In this document: one piece after another, positions 12,790-25,898 of the stretch
How positions within the stretch are numbered: the first letter of the stretch is position 1
Layout: every line of letters starts with the position of its first letter
From: Octopus sinensis
Lineage: Eukaryota
Length of the DNA stretch: 64,000 bases
Assembly: GCF_006345805.1 (NCBI RefSeq)
Contig: NC_043011.1
Location: 9,672,001-9,736,000, forward strand
Direction: 5' to 3'
Made by a program: the position numbers and the translations under genes
Notes under the pieces: generated by a model
Database searches by the model: none
What the model saw: the letters and a program-made list of their open reading frames with translations, nothing else
What the model was told of the DNA's origin: nothing

Positions 12790-13885
12790 TCTCACAAGAT
12801 ATCTTGGTCCTTTGTCATCTCCTCTGGGAAGTTCAACCTTCACCACACCATGCCAATGTCTTCCTTGTCCACAGGCTCCAGTCACATTTGATGATTGGCA
12901 CTTCTTTATAGACAACTGTCCTCATCCATACAAATCACGTGTCTGTACCAGAGCAGTCTTCTTTCTTGCAAACTACATCTGATTCCTCTTATGGTCAGTC
13001 TTTCTCTCACCACATTTCACATCCAATGGAGTATGCTCACTTCATTTCGTTCCAGCCTTCTCAGGTTCTCTGCATTCACAACCCATGTCTTGCTACCATG
13101 CAGCACTTCAGTTCTAACACAAGTATCGTACAATCTGATCTTCACACCTAGGAAAAGATTTAAGTGACTCAGTTCCTGGTGTGGGAGTAGAAACTGCTCC
13201 AGTGCATTCACCACATATGAAGCCTACATTTTCAGATTGTCTGCTAGTGATTCTAATACATCTCTTGTGTGTCCAATGCTTAAATTGAATACAGCATATG
13301 AAATTTATACTTACTCCTCTCCTGCATATTGAACAAGACCATTTCCTTGAAGGGATCAGGATCCTAACTTCTTTTCAACTTGCTAAAACTTTTTTAGGTT
13401 TACCTTAAGGCCTCTCAATTCCAGTTTTAGCTTCCAATCCTGGAGTTTCCTCTTTAATTCCACTATGGATTCAACTATGAGAACTCAACCACCAACATAT
13501 AGATTTCATGGACATCTACCCTTAAACTCCTCTGTGATGGCCTGTAAAACTATGATAAATAGGAGGGGGCTGAGGACTGAGCTTTGATGGACTCCAACCC
13601 TCACACCAAATTCCTCCCTTAAGTCATTGTAGACTCTCAATTTACTTACTGCATCTTTAGACATAGTTTGTACAGCTCTCACAAGCCATTCATCAATGCC
13701 TAATTTCCTTAGTAATCACCATATAACTGTATGTGGGACCCTGTTGAAAACCTTCTCCAGGTCAACAAAAGCCAAGAATAATGGTTTTCTCTGAGCCAAG
13801 TATTTCTCTTGTAGTCCTCACTTGGGTGATTACAACTGTGGTACCTCTTCCAGGGCCAAAACCAAGCGCATCTCATCTAGAGCTA
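12790..13885 (-). mobile_element. Degenerate RTE-clade LINE fragment (RT to C-terminus)
   Basis: Frameshifted remnants of QFGF/PGRGTT, FVDLEKVFNRVP, GVHQSSVLSPLLFI and KIRLYDTCVRTEVLHGSKTW. Homologous to the RTE at 61261-64000. Confidence 0.8.
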
Positions 13886-14029
13886 TCCTAATTGTGTGTG
13901 TAAGCATGCATGTGTGTGAGTATATATAACATATATATATCCCTTAATCTCATATATATATATATGAGATTAAGGGATATATATATGTTATATATACTCA
14001 CACACACATGCACACACACACACATATAC

Positions 14030-14089
<60 letters not shown>

Positions 14090-14688
14090 AGAGCAAAAAT
14101 ACATTCAGACTATGTAGCATGAATTGACTGGCTTAGTTTGAAGAGAAGAAATTTAGAAGATTTGGATGTGAAAGAGGAAATGGAATGGAGAGAGAGTTTC
14201 AAAAATATGGAACAATGGTAAGAGTGAGTTAAGAACACATTTGTGTTGAGAGGGAAAGATGTCTGAAAGGAAGATTATGGGAGAAATGGAAAGAAACTAG
14301 GACTGATGCTAAAAGGGTTAATGTTGGAAATTATAAAGGAATCTGTGTTCATTCCACTGAAACAGTTGGTGATGAATGGGGAGGTGAGAAAATGGTGTTA
14401 ACGAGTGGGTGAACTAGGTCTTCAAATACTTGTTGTTGCTGTTGTTGTTTATCTCTACATAAGCCCTGATGCCACAGACCTTTCCTAGCCTTGAGTACGA
14501 TTGAGCTTTTATTAAGATATAGTGTATCTAAGAGTACATTAGCTAATGTGCCATATTTTTCTGCAATAACAAGGTGTAACAGGAAGGAGTACTGTCTGTT
14601 ATTTTAGGCAGATTCATACGAATTGTATAGAAGCTGCCTTTCAGCGAACACACACACACACACACACATACACACACACACACACACA

Positions 14689-14723
<35 letters not shown>

Positions 14724-16098
14724 ATAACATAGATTCAGGGTGGTGATGGTAAAATAATTATACCCATAATGAAAGAGCTCTGTGAGTGGAATTTTATGGT
14801 GAAAACTTTGTCAAAAGATATTAACGACAAAAAATTGGTGTGGCTTAAAGTGATGAAAAACGAAGGTGATCGTTTTAACAAATCAAAAATATTCTTGCCA
14901 TTTTAAAATATTTAGCATTATAAAAGATGGTACTCAATGTCAGAGGGCGCTTAGCTTTAATGGTTCCAGCATGTTTAGTTGGAATATGAGAGCTAAAGAG
15001 TTTGATTCTCTGTAGAGACTTGATGGCCACTTTTTCCCTCATTTTCTAAAGGGTATTTAACCAATCTTCCAAGTTTGTTTCACAGTTATTCTGCATTTTA
15101 GATTTCCTTTCATCATCATCATTTAACGTCTGTTTTCCATGCTAGCATGGGTTGGACGGTTCGACCGGGGTCTGGTAAGCCATGGAGGCAGCACCAGGCT
15201 CCAGTCTGATCTGGCAGTGTTTCTATAGCTGGATGCCCTTCCTAACGCCAACCACTCCAAGAGTGTAGTGGGTGCTTTTAACGTGCCCCTGGCACAGGGG
15301 CTAGAGGAGGCTGGCAAACGGCCACAATCGGTTGGTGCTTTTACATGTCACCGACACGGATGCCAGTCAGGCGGCGCTGGCATTTGCCATGTTCGGACGG
15401 TGCTTTTATTTTCTATAAAATACCAACTCACTTCACGCTTCAAAGTTTGTTTAGAAAAATATATCATTCACCCATGGCAGTCAACTTTTTGTCACTCGCG
15501 TGCATTTCTAGCCTTATTACTGATTCAGTTATTTTTAATTTAATTTAATATTTTTGATTAAAAAATCTTTTTGTAATAAGCTAAAATATTTCTGTCTTAT
15601 TTTTGATATTACTAGAATGAAAAATCTAAAGGTAAATATAATTAATTATAATAATGGAAGTGCTGCCCAGAAAAAGTGGACGTTTCTTCAAAACAGTTTT
15701 TTTTTGTTATTCTTTACTCTTATATTGGAATTACATATATTCTACAAGAATATAATTTCAACACAATATCTGTGATTTAAAATTTTGGGATAATGAATTT
15801 TATTAAGGCAATAAAATTTTTTTAATGATCCAATACTAAAAATAAGAGAAACAATTTAGCTTAATACAAAGAAATTCTTAAAGTAAAAATATTAATTTAA
15901 ATTTTAAAAACTGCAATAAAAAGCAAAAAAGGTGCAAACACTATTTGATGGAGAATTTCAGAAATGAATTTTGCAATTCTAACTTCAGCAGCAATATTTC
16001 AAGTTTTTTGTTTCTTTTTGTCTTCTTCAATATTTCCAGGTTCAATATTTAAGAATAATCTAGCATTCTGCGCCATCATTTTTCATTCTAGTATATAT

Positions 16099-16131
<33 letters not shown>

Positions 16132-16135
16132 CACA

Positions 16136-16168
<33 letters not shown>

Positions 16169-17927
16169 CACAACACGCACACACACATATTTATATATAT
16201 AGAGTTGTTGTGTTACGATATGAAAAGTGTATTGATTCTGTTCTGTATCTCGACTCGAATCACTCATGATATATACAGGAATGCATTGCATAATAAAGGG
16301 GGGGGCGTGGGAGTGGAGGTGGTGGTTTTGACATTTCTAAATGACAAGAGACTCTGACAGACACAATGTCACCACAACCACAGACACATGAAATACCGCA
16401 GCCACACGGCTTAACAGATGAAGGGAGGCAACTCTGTTTCCTTCACCTCGCTGCTAGTATAAGCAGCTAAAACTCACTTCTTCACCTGTTTTTCTCTCAC
16501 TCTTTTCGCACTGACACACGCATACAGGGACATGCATATGCACACAAGCACATACACATCCATGTAGGGACACACACATACAGAGTGACGTGCATACATA
16601 TGCAGAGATGCATGAATACACACAGAAGTATATAGACACACACACACATACACACACACACGTATACACATTCTCTCTTTCTCCCCTTTTTCCACCTCCT
16701 GTTAATTACACTCTCTCTTTCTCCCTCTCACCATTCTCTGTCACACTTTTCTCTCTCTTTGCCAATCTTACCTTGTTTCTTCTTCATCTTCTTCATCTCC
16801 ATCTACCCAGCCCCATTGACGTAATGCAGTGCTGAGTGTAAGATTTGAACCTGTGTCCTGTTGGACAGATGCCTACCACTCTCCTACTAACTCAGTCTGA
16901 GTCTGACATTCTAAGAATGAGTGCTTAGAAATATATACACCCACAGAATGAGTGTTTAAAAATATATACACCCAGAGTTTAACCCCTACACTCAATCATT
17001 CACAATCATTCTTAAAAAACTTATGACTATAGAGAAAAAGAGCCCAAACACAAGGGACCAGGTATGGTGCTGCATATTGAACTCACAACATATACGATTA
17101 TTATTGATGTTGTTGTTTTATAGCAAACCTAGAACTGGAGGAGGAAATAAGCAAAGCTCTCCATCATCAACAAGCCAAGAGAAAGTGGTTTAAATAAATG
17201 TTGTTACTGTGAGAACAAGAAACAGGCCTGATGTTTTGAGCCAAGAGCTCTTCATCAAGGGAGTAAAGTGACGAATTTTGTGTGTTGTGATTGATATGTA
17301 TTTAATTCCTACACAGAGTATCAACCGATTACCTGCTAGCAATTCCATCACAGCTGAGGCAGGGTATAACTCACCTGAAGCAAAATATCAAGAGTCAAAT
17401 ATTACCATTTAGCTAGTATTTAGTCAGTAACCTAATTTGTAGCTTCTCTCTCTCTCTCTCTCTCTCTTCGGATACTTATCTCCATTGGGATTCTATTGCC
17501 AACTCAGTATTAACTTAATGTGCTCCCCCCCCACTGCTAACATCACACACACAAGCACCACAATCAAGCATAACAACTGATGCCCAGAACATTTGAGACA
17601 TCTGATTAAAGAAAAACTGGGAAAATCTTCTCTCTCCCCACTGAAGAAGGAGGCTCGATTTTCCCAATGCTTCTTTGCTTCTATGACTGGTTGCATCTGC
17701 CAACCTTATGAAGTAACACCATATCTTCTCCCCTCTAATTCTTTGAGTCTATAGACTCTGAGTAAGTTTGTTCTGGTAATATATAAATATCTATTTAGAT
17801 TTGAATGTTACTCATCAGAAAACTTTCAGTCTTTGCCTTTTCCTTATCTACATATATACACATATATAGAGTGAATATATGAAATCCAAAGGATATTATC
17901 TGCTTATTTGCATCATTGTCTCTATAC

Positions 17928-17961
<34 letters not shown>

Positions 17962-18267
17962 TTTGTAGTTTGTAGATTAGCGACAGGTATCCTTTGTATA
18001 GAATATACTTCGTAGTGCTCAAGAGACTTGAACTTGAGCAGGGAGAGGAATTAATGTAAGGAGAAGCAAGTTAGACAAGTTGATATACAAAAAGTATTTA
18101 ATACATTTACTGCAAAAATTGTACATAGGTACACACATAAAAAAATCTGGCTTACATAGAATGTAAATATATATATGTATGTGTGTGTGTATATATGTAT
18201 ATATATATATATACACAGATGTTCTAAAATCTACACAGCCTTGGTCTTTTATCACATTATGAAAAAA

Positions 18268-18304
<37 letters not shown>

Positions 18305-18308
<4 letters not shown>

Positions 18309-18325
18309 TAGATAGATAGATAGAC

Positions 18326-18363
<38 letters not shown>

Positions 18364-18407
18364 ATAGATAGATGATGGGTAGATAGATAGATAGATAGAT
18401 AGATGGG

Positions 18408-18456
<49 letters not shown>

Positions 18457-18538
18457 GGGTAGATAGATAGATAGATAGATAGATGGGTATATGAGTAATA
18501 GATAGATAGATGATAGATAGATAGCAGATAGATAGATA
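18305..18538. repeat. (GATA)n microsatellite, left flank of the Tx1 pair, preceded by (TA)n
   Basis: Direct reading; contains GATGGGTAGAT variant units. Confidence 0.95.
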
Positions 18539-21500
18539 TGTTTCTGTTTCTTTATTAGCCACACAGGGCTGCACACAGATAGAACAAATTACAAGGTAGA
18601 GGCTTTTCTTTTGAAGGTATTAAAAAAAAAAAAAAGGGGGGGGGGAGAAAAAAAAATGATCAATAGGGATCGTTATCACAGAAATGTCAATATGAAGTGT
18701 AAAGGGGAGGACAGGTGAGGTTTACCCGTGGAAAGAAAGCCTGCGGAAAAGACCACGGTAACCTCGGTCAATGAAGTCACATTTTATATTTCTTTTTTTT
18801 TTTTTTTTTTTTTTTTTTTTGCAAATAAGCAACTCTCTGTTTTCGATTTCTGGGTTCATAGGACTATGCTCAAGGTGGCTTCGTCATTCATACGTGCCAT
18901 TCTTGCTACATTCACCATCTTTTTTTAAAACATTCGCTAGACAAAACTTGCCTCTCTACTCTCACTTTCCTTTTCAAGTGGTACTTGAAGAAGTTGATGA
19001 GAGATTGACCAGAGAGGAAAGTGATTGTCTCCAATCCTTTCAGACGCGTCCACCAGATACATTCTTTCGCCATAGCCACAAGGATGATGAAAATAGCTCT
19101 TCCTTCCCGTTTGAAGGAAGGAGGCGTGACAATATTGACGATAGACTCAGCTGATAAGCCGACTCGTCCCACACGTGACAGCAGTTGTTCGACATAAGCC
19201 CACAGGTCGGAAATTGTTGGACACTGAACGAGTGCGTGCAGAACGGTTTCGTCGCTCTGACCGCATCTCGGGCAGGTCGGCCCCGTGTTTCTCGAGCCGT
19301 GTCTGTAGAGCTTATCCCGAACGGGTAGCGCTTCTCGGTAGCACTGCCAGGCCAGGGATCTCTGGAAGTTTCCATGGGCCCTGGCCCGAAGTCGTCCCGA
19401 ACAGGCGGGTCAGGTACTCCTCGTCGACGTCCAGGTTCGCCCCGAGCTCGTCGTCGTACCTCCCCTCCACTAAACCCCTATAGAATGCTTTGGTTGTGTT
19501 GAAGTCACTTAAGGTCGACCCAGGACGGCAGAGTTGCTTGAGAGCAACGCGACACTCGCGGTGCCATTCGCCCTTTCCTCGGCCTCTTTTTGATCCACGA
19601 CTGCAGTTCGGTCATGGAGACGAGCTGCGGGAAAGCGTGCCTCACAAACGGCGACCACACCTGTTCACCGTCGTCTACATAGAGCCAGAGATGTCGCAGT
19701 CTCAGCGCGTGTCTGCACATCATCATCAACGGCATGCCCAGCCCTCCTTTTAACGGTGTTGACAGCAATGGATCGCCTGACCATCGGGACGCATCCTTTC
19801 CACAAGAAGCGAAATAGGATGCGTTGTAGTTTGGTGATGGTAGGGTCGGGACAAGGTACGACGGTCAGCGGTAGTAGATGACGGACGCGATGTACGTGTT
19901 CGCCACCTCCGCTCGACCTTTTAGGGACAGTTTCCTCTCGGCCCATTGCCGGGCGAGAGTGACCACCCTACTCGTTATCTCGTTCCAGTTCTTCTCCACT
20001 TGGAGGTCCGGACCAAACCAGACCCCGAGCAACTCAACCGGGCCGTCGGTCCAGCATCCCACGACGGAGGCGCTGGTGACGGCATGGGCTTGCTTCTCTC
20101 CAGTGCCTAGTCGCAAGCCCACTGACTTTTCCCGGTTGATTTTTCGCTCCTGTCACCGCTTCGTAGTTTTTTCAGTGTCTCGCCGACCAGCTCGATGTGC
20201 TCGTGGCTAGACACTATGACGGTGACGTCGTCCGCGTATGCAGACAAGCGCTCGTCCCGCATCCCAATTCTCGCGGGATGCCCCTTAGAGTCGCCAGCTT
20301 CCGCAGTAGTGGCTCAAGAGTCAATACGTATAGAAGCGCCGAGAGGGGGCATCCCTGACGGACCGAACGTGCAATGTCGAAAGGTCTCGATAGATGTCCA
20401 TTTACGCGAATTACCGAACGGATGCCTCTGTACAAGGCAGCTATCCAACCGCGGAAGACGGGACCGAAACCAGCCGCTCTCAGGACTGCCTCCAAGTATC
20501 GATGGTCTACCCTATCAAAGGCTTTTGATTGATCCAAGTTGATCAGGGCCCCACCCATGCAGGTTCGTTAACTACCCTGTCTATGATGTAGCGCATCAGA
20601 TGGAGGTTGTCATGGATGGTCCGGCCTGGCACGGCGCATGTTTGCGCCTTGTCGACCAGTTTCTCGATGACAAGCGCCAACCTCTTGGCTAGCACCTTGG
20701 CCAAAATTTTCAAGTCTGCATTAAGCAGAGTGATGGGCCTAAAGTTATCTATTACATTTCCCTTGTTTAGATCTTTCTTCAGCAGTGTTACGGCTCCTCG
20801 GCTCACAAAACCAGGAATGCTCCCGTTTTGCTGCCAGTTGCAGTACACCGCCGCCAGAAGATCTCCAAACAAGTCTGGCATACAATTGTAAAGCTCGTAG
20901 GGTTACCATCCAACCCGGTGATTTGTCCCTCGAGCATTCTGCCATCGCTTCCCGCACTTCCGCCGCCGTGATGGCACCTTCGCAGCACCCTGCCTTTCTT
21001 GTCGAGAGTCGTGGTAGGCTATGTAGGTAGGCACTGAAGTCCACCCTACGTTCTTGCCCTCCACTCGTTCCGAACAGTCGGGCAAAATGCTGCTGAAAGG
21101 CCTCACAACATTTTACTTGGCTCGAGCAATTCGCGCCCCTGTTCATCTACAGTGACCGAATGGTGGCTTTGTTGCCCTGTTGCGCCTCTGCCACCCGGCC
21201 TCTCTCGCGCTCCAACACCTTCGTTCCTTAGAGCACGCATCCTAGCTCTGACAGCACATCCTTCGTGTTTGGCGTTGAAGTGTTGGTCGAGGGCCAACCT
21301 CGCCGCCAAAACGTCGGATGCGATGCCGCTTCTAATTGCCTCTTCTAGCTTCTTAACTAGCTCCCCTCTACTCTATTTCTATCTATGGCTAGTGCTTTGC
21401 TGTACCTAATCGCTTCTGCTTTTACTGCTCTCTTGAGGGCAAACCACCATTTGTTTGTTGATGATGGCTCCGCGTCAAAGCCCTCTTTACTAGTGTGCTA

Positions 21501-21949
21501 ATCCGGTCTCTGAAAACTTGTCTCGATGGGAAAGACGCGTTTAGTTTCCAGTACCGGGACCCTGCCTAAGTGTCTTACCTAAGTCTAGCGTACATGTCAC
21601 AAGTTTGTGATCCGTGTAGCTGACTATGTTGAATTGTGGACATCCTATGCTATCTCTATCTACTGTCCTACACAGTATCCTATCTAGATACGATCTCGAC
21701 GACCCGATGCGGTTGCTCCATGTCCACGTTGGCGCATTCGGGTGGTCTAGTCGAAACCTGTCAGACAGTTGAAGCGTCTGAGCAGGTCTCTGAGGCATTT
21801 GCATCCCCGTCTATCCTATCTCTACCCACGTAGTCTACATGCGTGTCCAAGGTAGCATTCCAATCCCCCACTGAGAGTAAAGGACGAGACGTTCCCAAGA
21901 AAACTTCTAGACGTTGAAAGAAATCCGCCCGCCCATTTGACCTGTTTTT
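18539..21949 (-). mobile_element. 5'-truncated Tx1-clade LINE (second subfamily), broken ORF2 from mid-endonuclease to stop at ~18856, plus ~315-bp 3'UTR
   Basis: Fragments SVGDWNATLD, NFRPITLLNADLKI, LDQSKAFDRV, SVRQGCPLS, KLSLKGRAEVAN and CPRCGQSDETVLH are colinear with the full-length copy. A hand-aligned 60-nt block (20281-20340 vs ~23822-23881) has 7 mismatches, mostly third-position. AATAAA on minus at 18551-18556. Confidence 0.9.
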
Positions 21950-22017
21950 AGATAGATAGATAGATAGATAGATAGTAGATAGATAGATAGATGAGAGATA
22001 GATAGATAGATAGTAGG

Positions 22018-22050
<33 letters not shown>

Positions 22051-22262
22051 AGGATAGATAGATAGATATATAGATAGATAGATGGGTAGATAGATAGATA
22101 GATAGATGGGTAATAGATGATAGTAGATAGATAGATAATATAGATAAGAAGACAATAGATAGATATAGAGATAGATAGATAGATGGGTAGATAGATGATA
22201 GACAGATAGATAGTAGATAGATAGATCGATATATAGAGTAGATAGATAGATCGTAGATAGAT
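21950..22262. repeat. Degenerate (GATA)n array between the two Tx1 elements
   Basis: Direct reading; many imperfect units. Confidence 0.95.
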
Positions 22263-22387
22263 AATATAAGGTTCACAGTTTAGGTGTAGCCTTGGAAAGA
22301 AAACCTAAAAAAAGACCAAGGTCACCTCAGACAGTTCGAAAAAGAACACATGAGTAAGTCGCCTTACTTCTCGTTGTCTCTTTTTTG

Positions 22388-25300
22388 TTACAGATTTATG
22401 CTTAAAATAGTGTCGTCTTTCATACTGACCATTTTTGCCACTTTTACCCACTTTTTATTAAAACATTCGTTCGACAAAGCCTTCCTCTCTATTTCTCATC
22501 CTCCTTTTCAAGTGGTACTTGAAAAAGTTGACGAGAGACTGACCAGAGAGGAAGGTGTTTGTTTGCAGTCTTTTCAAACGCGTCCACCACACACATTCTT
22601 TCGCCATAGCCATCAGCGTAACGAAAACCGTTTTTCCCTTCCCGTTTAAAGGAAGGTGGTGAAACAATATTCACGATAGACTCGGCCGATAGGCGAGCCT
22701 GACCTACACGTGACAACAGCTGTTCGACGAAGGACCACAGCTCTGAAATATCTGGACACTGCACGAGTGCGTGCAGAACGGTTTCGTCGCGCTCTGACCG
22801 CATCTCGGGCAGGTCGGTCCGGTGATGGTTTTCGAACCGTGTCTGTAGCTCTTCTCTCGAACAGGTAGTGCGTCTCGATAGCACTGCCAAGCCAGGGATT
22901 TCTGGAAGTTATCCATAGGCCCCGGCCCGAACGTCGTCCTGAACAGGCGGGTTAGGAATTCCTCGTCGACGCCCAGGTTTGCCCCGAGTGTGTCGTCGGA
23001 CCTCCCCTCCACTAGTCCTCTATAGAACGCTTTAGTCGTTTGGAAGTTGCACAAGTTTTGACCCCGATCGGCAGAGCTGCTGTAGAGCTTGGCGACACTC
23101 TCGGTGCCAATCGCCCAGTTTCGGTCTCTTTTTGATCCACGTTTGCAGTTCGGTCAGTGAGACGAGCTGCGGGAAGTCGCGCCTCACAAACGGCGCCCAC
23201 ACCTGTTCACCGTCGTCGATGAATTTCCAGAGATGTCGCAGTCTCAGCGCATGCCTGCGCATCATCAACCACGGCATGCCCAGTCCTCCATTCAACGGAT
23301 GTTGACAGCAAATGGACTTCCTCACCATTGTAACGCCACCCTTCCACAGGAAGCGGAAGAGTATGCGTTCCAGTTTGGTGATGGTGGCGTCGGGACAAGG
23401 TACGACGGTCAGGCGGTAATCGATGACGGATGCGATGTACGCGTTCGCCACCTCCGCCCGGCCTTTTAGAGACAGCTTTCTCTCAGCCCATTTTTGGCTG
23501 AGAGCGACCACTCTACTCGTGATCTCGTCCCAGTTCTTATCCATTTGGAGGTCCGGACTGAACCAGACCCCGAGCAATTTAACCGGTCCGTCTGTCCAGC
23601 ATCCCACTACTGAGCCGCAGTCGGACGGCATGGGCTTGCTTCTCCAGGTGCCGAGTAGCAAACCCACTGACTTTTCCGGGTTAATCTTTGCTCCCGTCAC
23701 CGTTTCATATTTTCTTAGTGTCTCGCCGACCAGCTCGATGTGCTGGTAGCTCGACACTATGACGGTGACATCGTCCGCATATGCCGACACGCTCGTCCTG
23801 CAACCTAGTTCCCGTGGGATGCCCCTCAGTGTCGCCAGCTTCCGCAGTAGCGGCTCGAGAGTCAATACATACAGAAGTGCCGACAGGGGACACCCCTGAC
23901 GGACCGAACGCGTGATGTCAAACGGTTTCGACAGGTGACCGTTCACCCGAATCACCGATCAGATGCCGCTATACAAGGCAGCGATCCAACCGCGGAAGAC
24001 GGGACCGAAGCCAGCCGCCCTGAGGACGGCCACCAAGTACCGATGGTCGACCCTATCGAAGGCTTTAGACTGATCCAAATTTATCAGCACCCCACCCATG
24101 CCAGGATCCTTAACTACCCTGTCCACAATGTAGCGCATCAGATGGAGGTTGTCATGTATGGTTCTGCCCGGCACGGCGCATGTTTGTGCCCTGTCGACCA
24201 GTTTACCAATGACAAGCGCCAACCTCTCGGCTATTACTTTGGCCAAAATTTTCAAATCTGCGTTGAGCAGAGTGATGGGCCTGAAATTATCTATAAAATT
24301 CCCCTTGTTTGAGTCTTTCTTCAGCAACGTCACTGCACCTCGGCTCACGAAACCGGGGATTCTCCCGTTTTGTTGCCAGTTGCAGTAGACTGATGCCAAG
24401 AGGTCGCCAAACAAGTCTGGCATTCGACAATACAGCTCGTAGGGTAAACCATCCAATCCAGGCGACTTATCCCTCGCGCAGCCCGCCATCGCATCCCACA
24501 CGTCAGCGGCTGTGATGGGACTTTCACAACACTCCGCCTCTCTTGCCGAGAGCCGCGGCAGGTCAGTCAGGTAGGCACTGAAATCCATCCCTCGTTCCGA
24601 CCCAAACTCGCACCAAACAGTCGAGCAAAGTGCTGTTGAAAGGCCTCACACATCCTTTCGGGTTCGAGTAAACTGCATCCCTGTTGATCTATTAGAGACC
24701 GAATGGTTGATCTGTTGCCACGCTGCGCCTCCGCTACCCGGGCCTCTCGCGCAGCTTCAATCCCTTCGTTCCTTAAGGTACGCATTTTAGCTCTGACGAC
24801 GCAACCTTCGTGCTTGGCATTGAGGTGTTGGTCGAGGGCCATCCTCGCAGCCAGCACGTTGGTTGCGCTGCCAGTGGTAAGTGCCTCTTCTAGTTTCTTA
24901 ACTAAGTCTCCCTCTACTCTATTTTGTTCTATCGCTAATTCCTTGCTAAACCTAATTGATTCCGATTTTATTGCCATTTTCAGGGCGTACCACCAGCGGT
25001 TGTTAACGACCGCTCCCGTCAGCGCCCTCTTAATTAACTCGGTAATCCGGTTCCTGTAAACCTGTCGCGCTAACAGCGACGTGTTCAGTTTCCAGTAACC
25101 GGGACCCTGCCTATGTGTTTTATCTAAGTCAAGCGTACACGTAACAAATTTGTGATCTGTGTAGCTGACTATTTTAAATTGTGGACATCCTACACTATCC
25201 CTATCCGCTGTCCTGCATAGAATTCTATCTAGATAAGATCTCGACGATCCGACGCGGTTTGTCCAAGTCCACGTTGGCACGTTCGGATGGTCGAGTCGGA

Positions 25301-25841
25301 ACCTGTCAGACAAATGGAAACGTCTGAGCAGGTCTTTGAGGCTCTTACACCCCCTTCTATTCCTATCCCTTCCCACATAATCTAGATGCGTGTCCAAGGT
25401 AGCGTTCCAATCCCCTACTAACAGTAAAGGTCTAGACGTACCCAGGAAAACCTCTAGACGTCTGAAGAAATCCGCCCGACCCGTTAAGGACGGTGCATAA
25501 ACTGCCATCAGATGGAATGCACACCCATTTCTGCCATCCACGTCCAAGACAACCAGCCTACCCTCCGTGTCTAGGAATATTGCTCTTACTTTTACCTTTA
25601 GACTCTTTCGAAAAAGCACCGCAGTACCTCCACCACCCATGTTCAGCAGACAGGGAGAAAAATAAATGTCAAATTGATTGCCAAACATGGACTCGAGGGC
25701 CCGCGGCGTACTGAGTCTGGTTTCACTGATAGCTACCATATCCACGTCCAGTGACTTGATGTCGTTTAGAAGGTAACCTTGCTTCCAAGCCGACGCCAAG
25801 CCACGCGCATTCACACAACCTAATTTAAGCATACTTGACAT
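22388..25841 (-). pseudogene. Tx1 ORF2 (APE endonuclease + reverse transcriptase + CCHC), interrupted by about 4 frameshifts and one nonsense codon
   Basis: ORF-track pieces 24567-25841, 23959-24588, 23032-23955, 22704-23054, 22489-22890 and 22458-22667 join into one protein. EN: VNARGL, ISET, VGDWNA, RSYLDRI, YTDH. RT: KSPGLDG, NFRPITLLNADLKI, LDQSKAFDRV, SVRQGCPLS, YADD. Zn motif: CPRCGQSDETVLHALVQC. Stop TAA at 22388-22390. Confidence 0.92.
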
Positions 25842-25898
25842 TTACGAAAATTGTGTTTTACACACTATATTAGAAAAGACAAGAGGCAAGAAGTGAGG

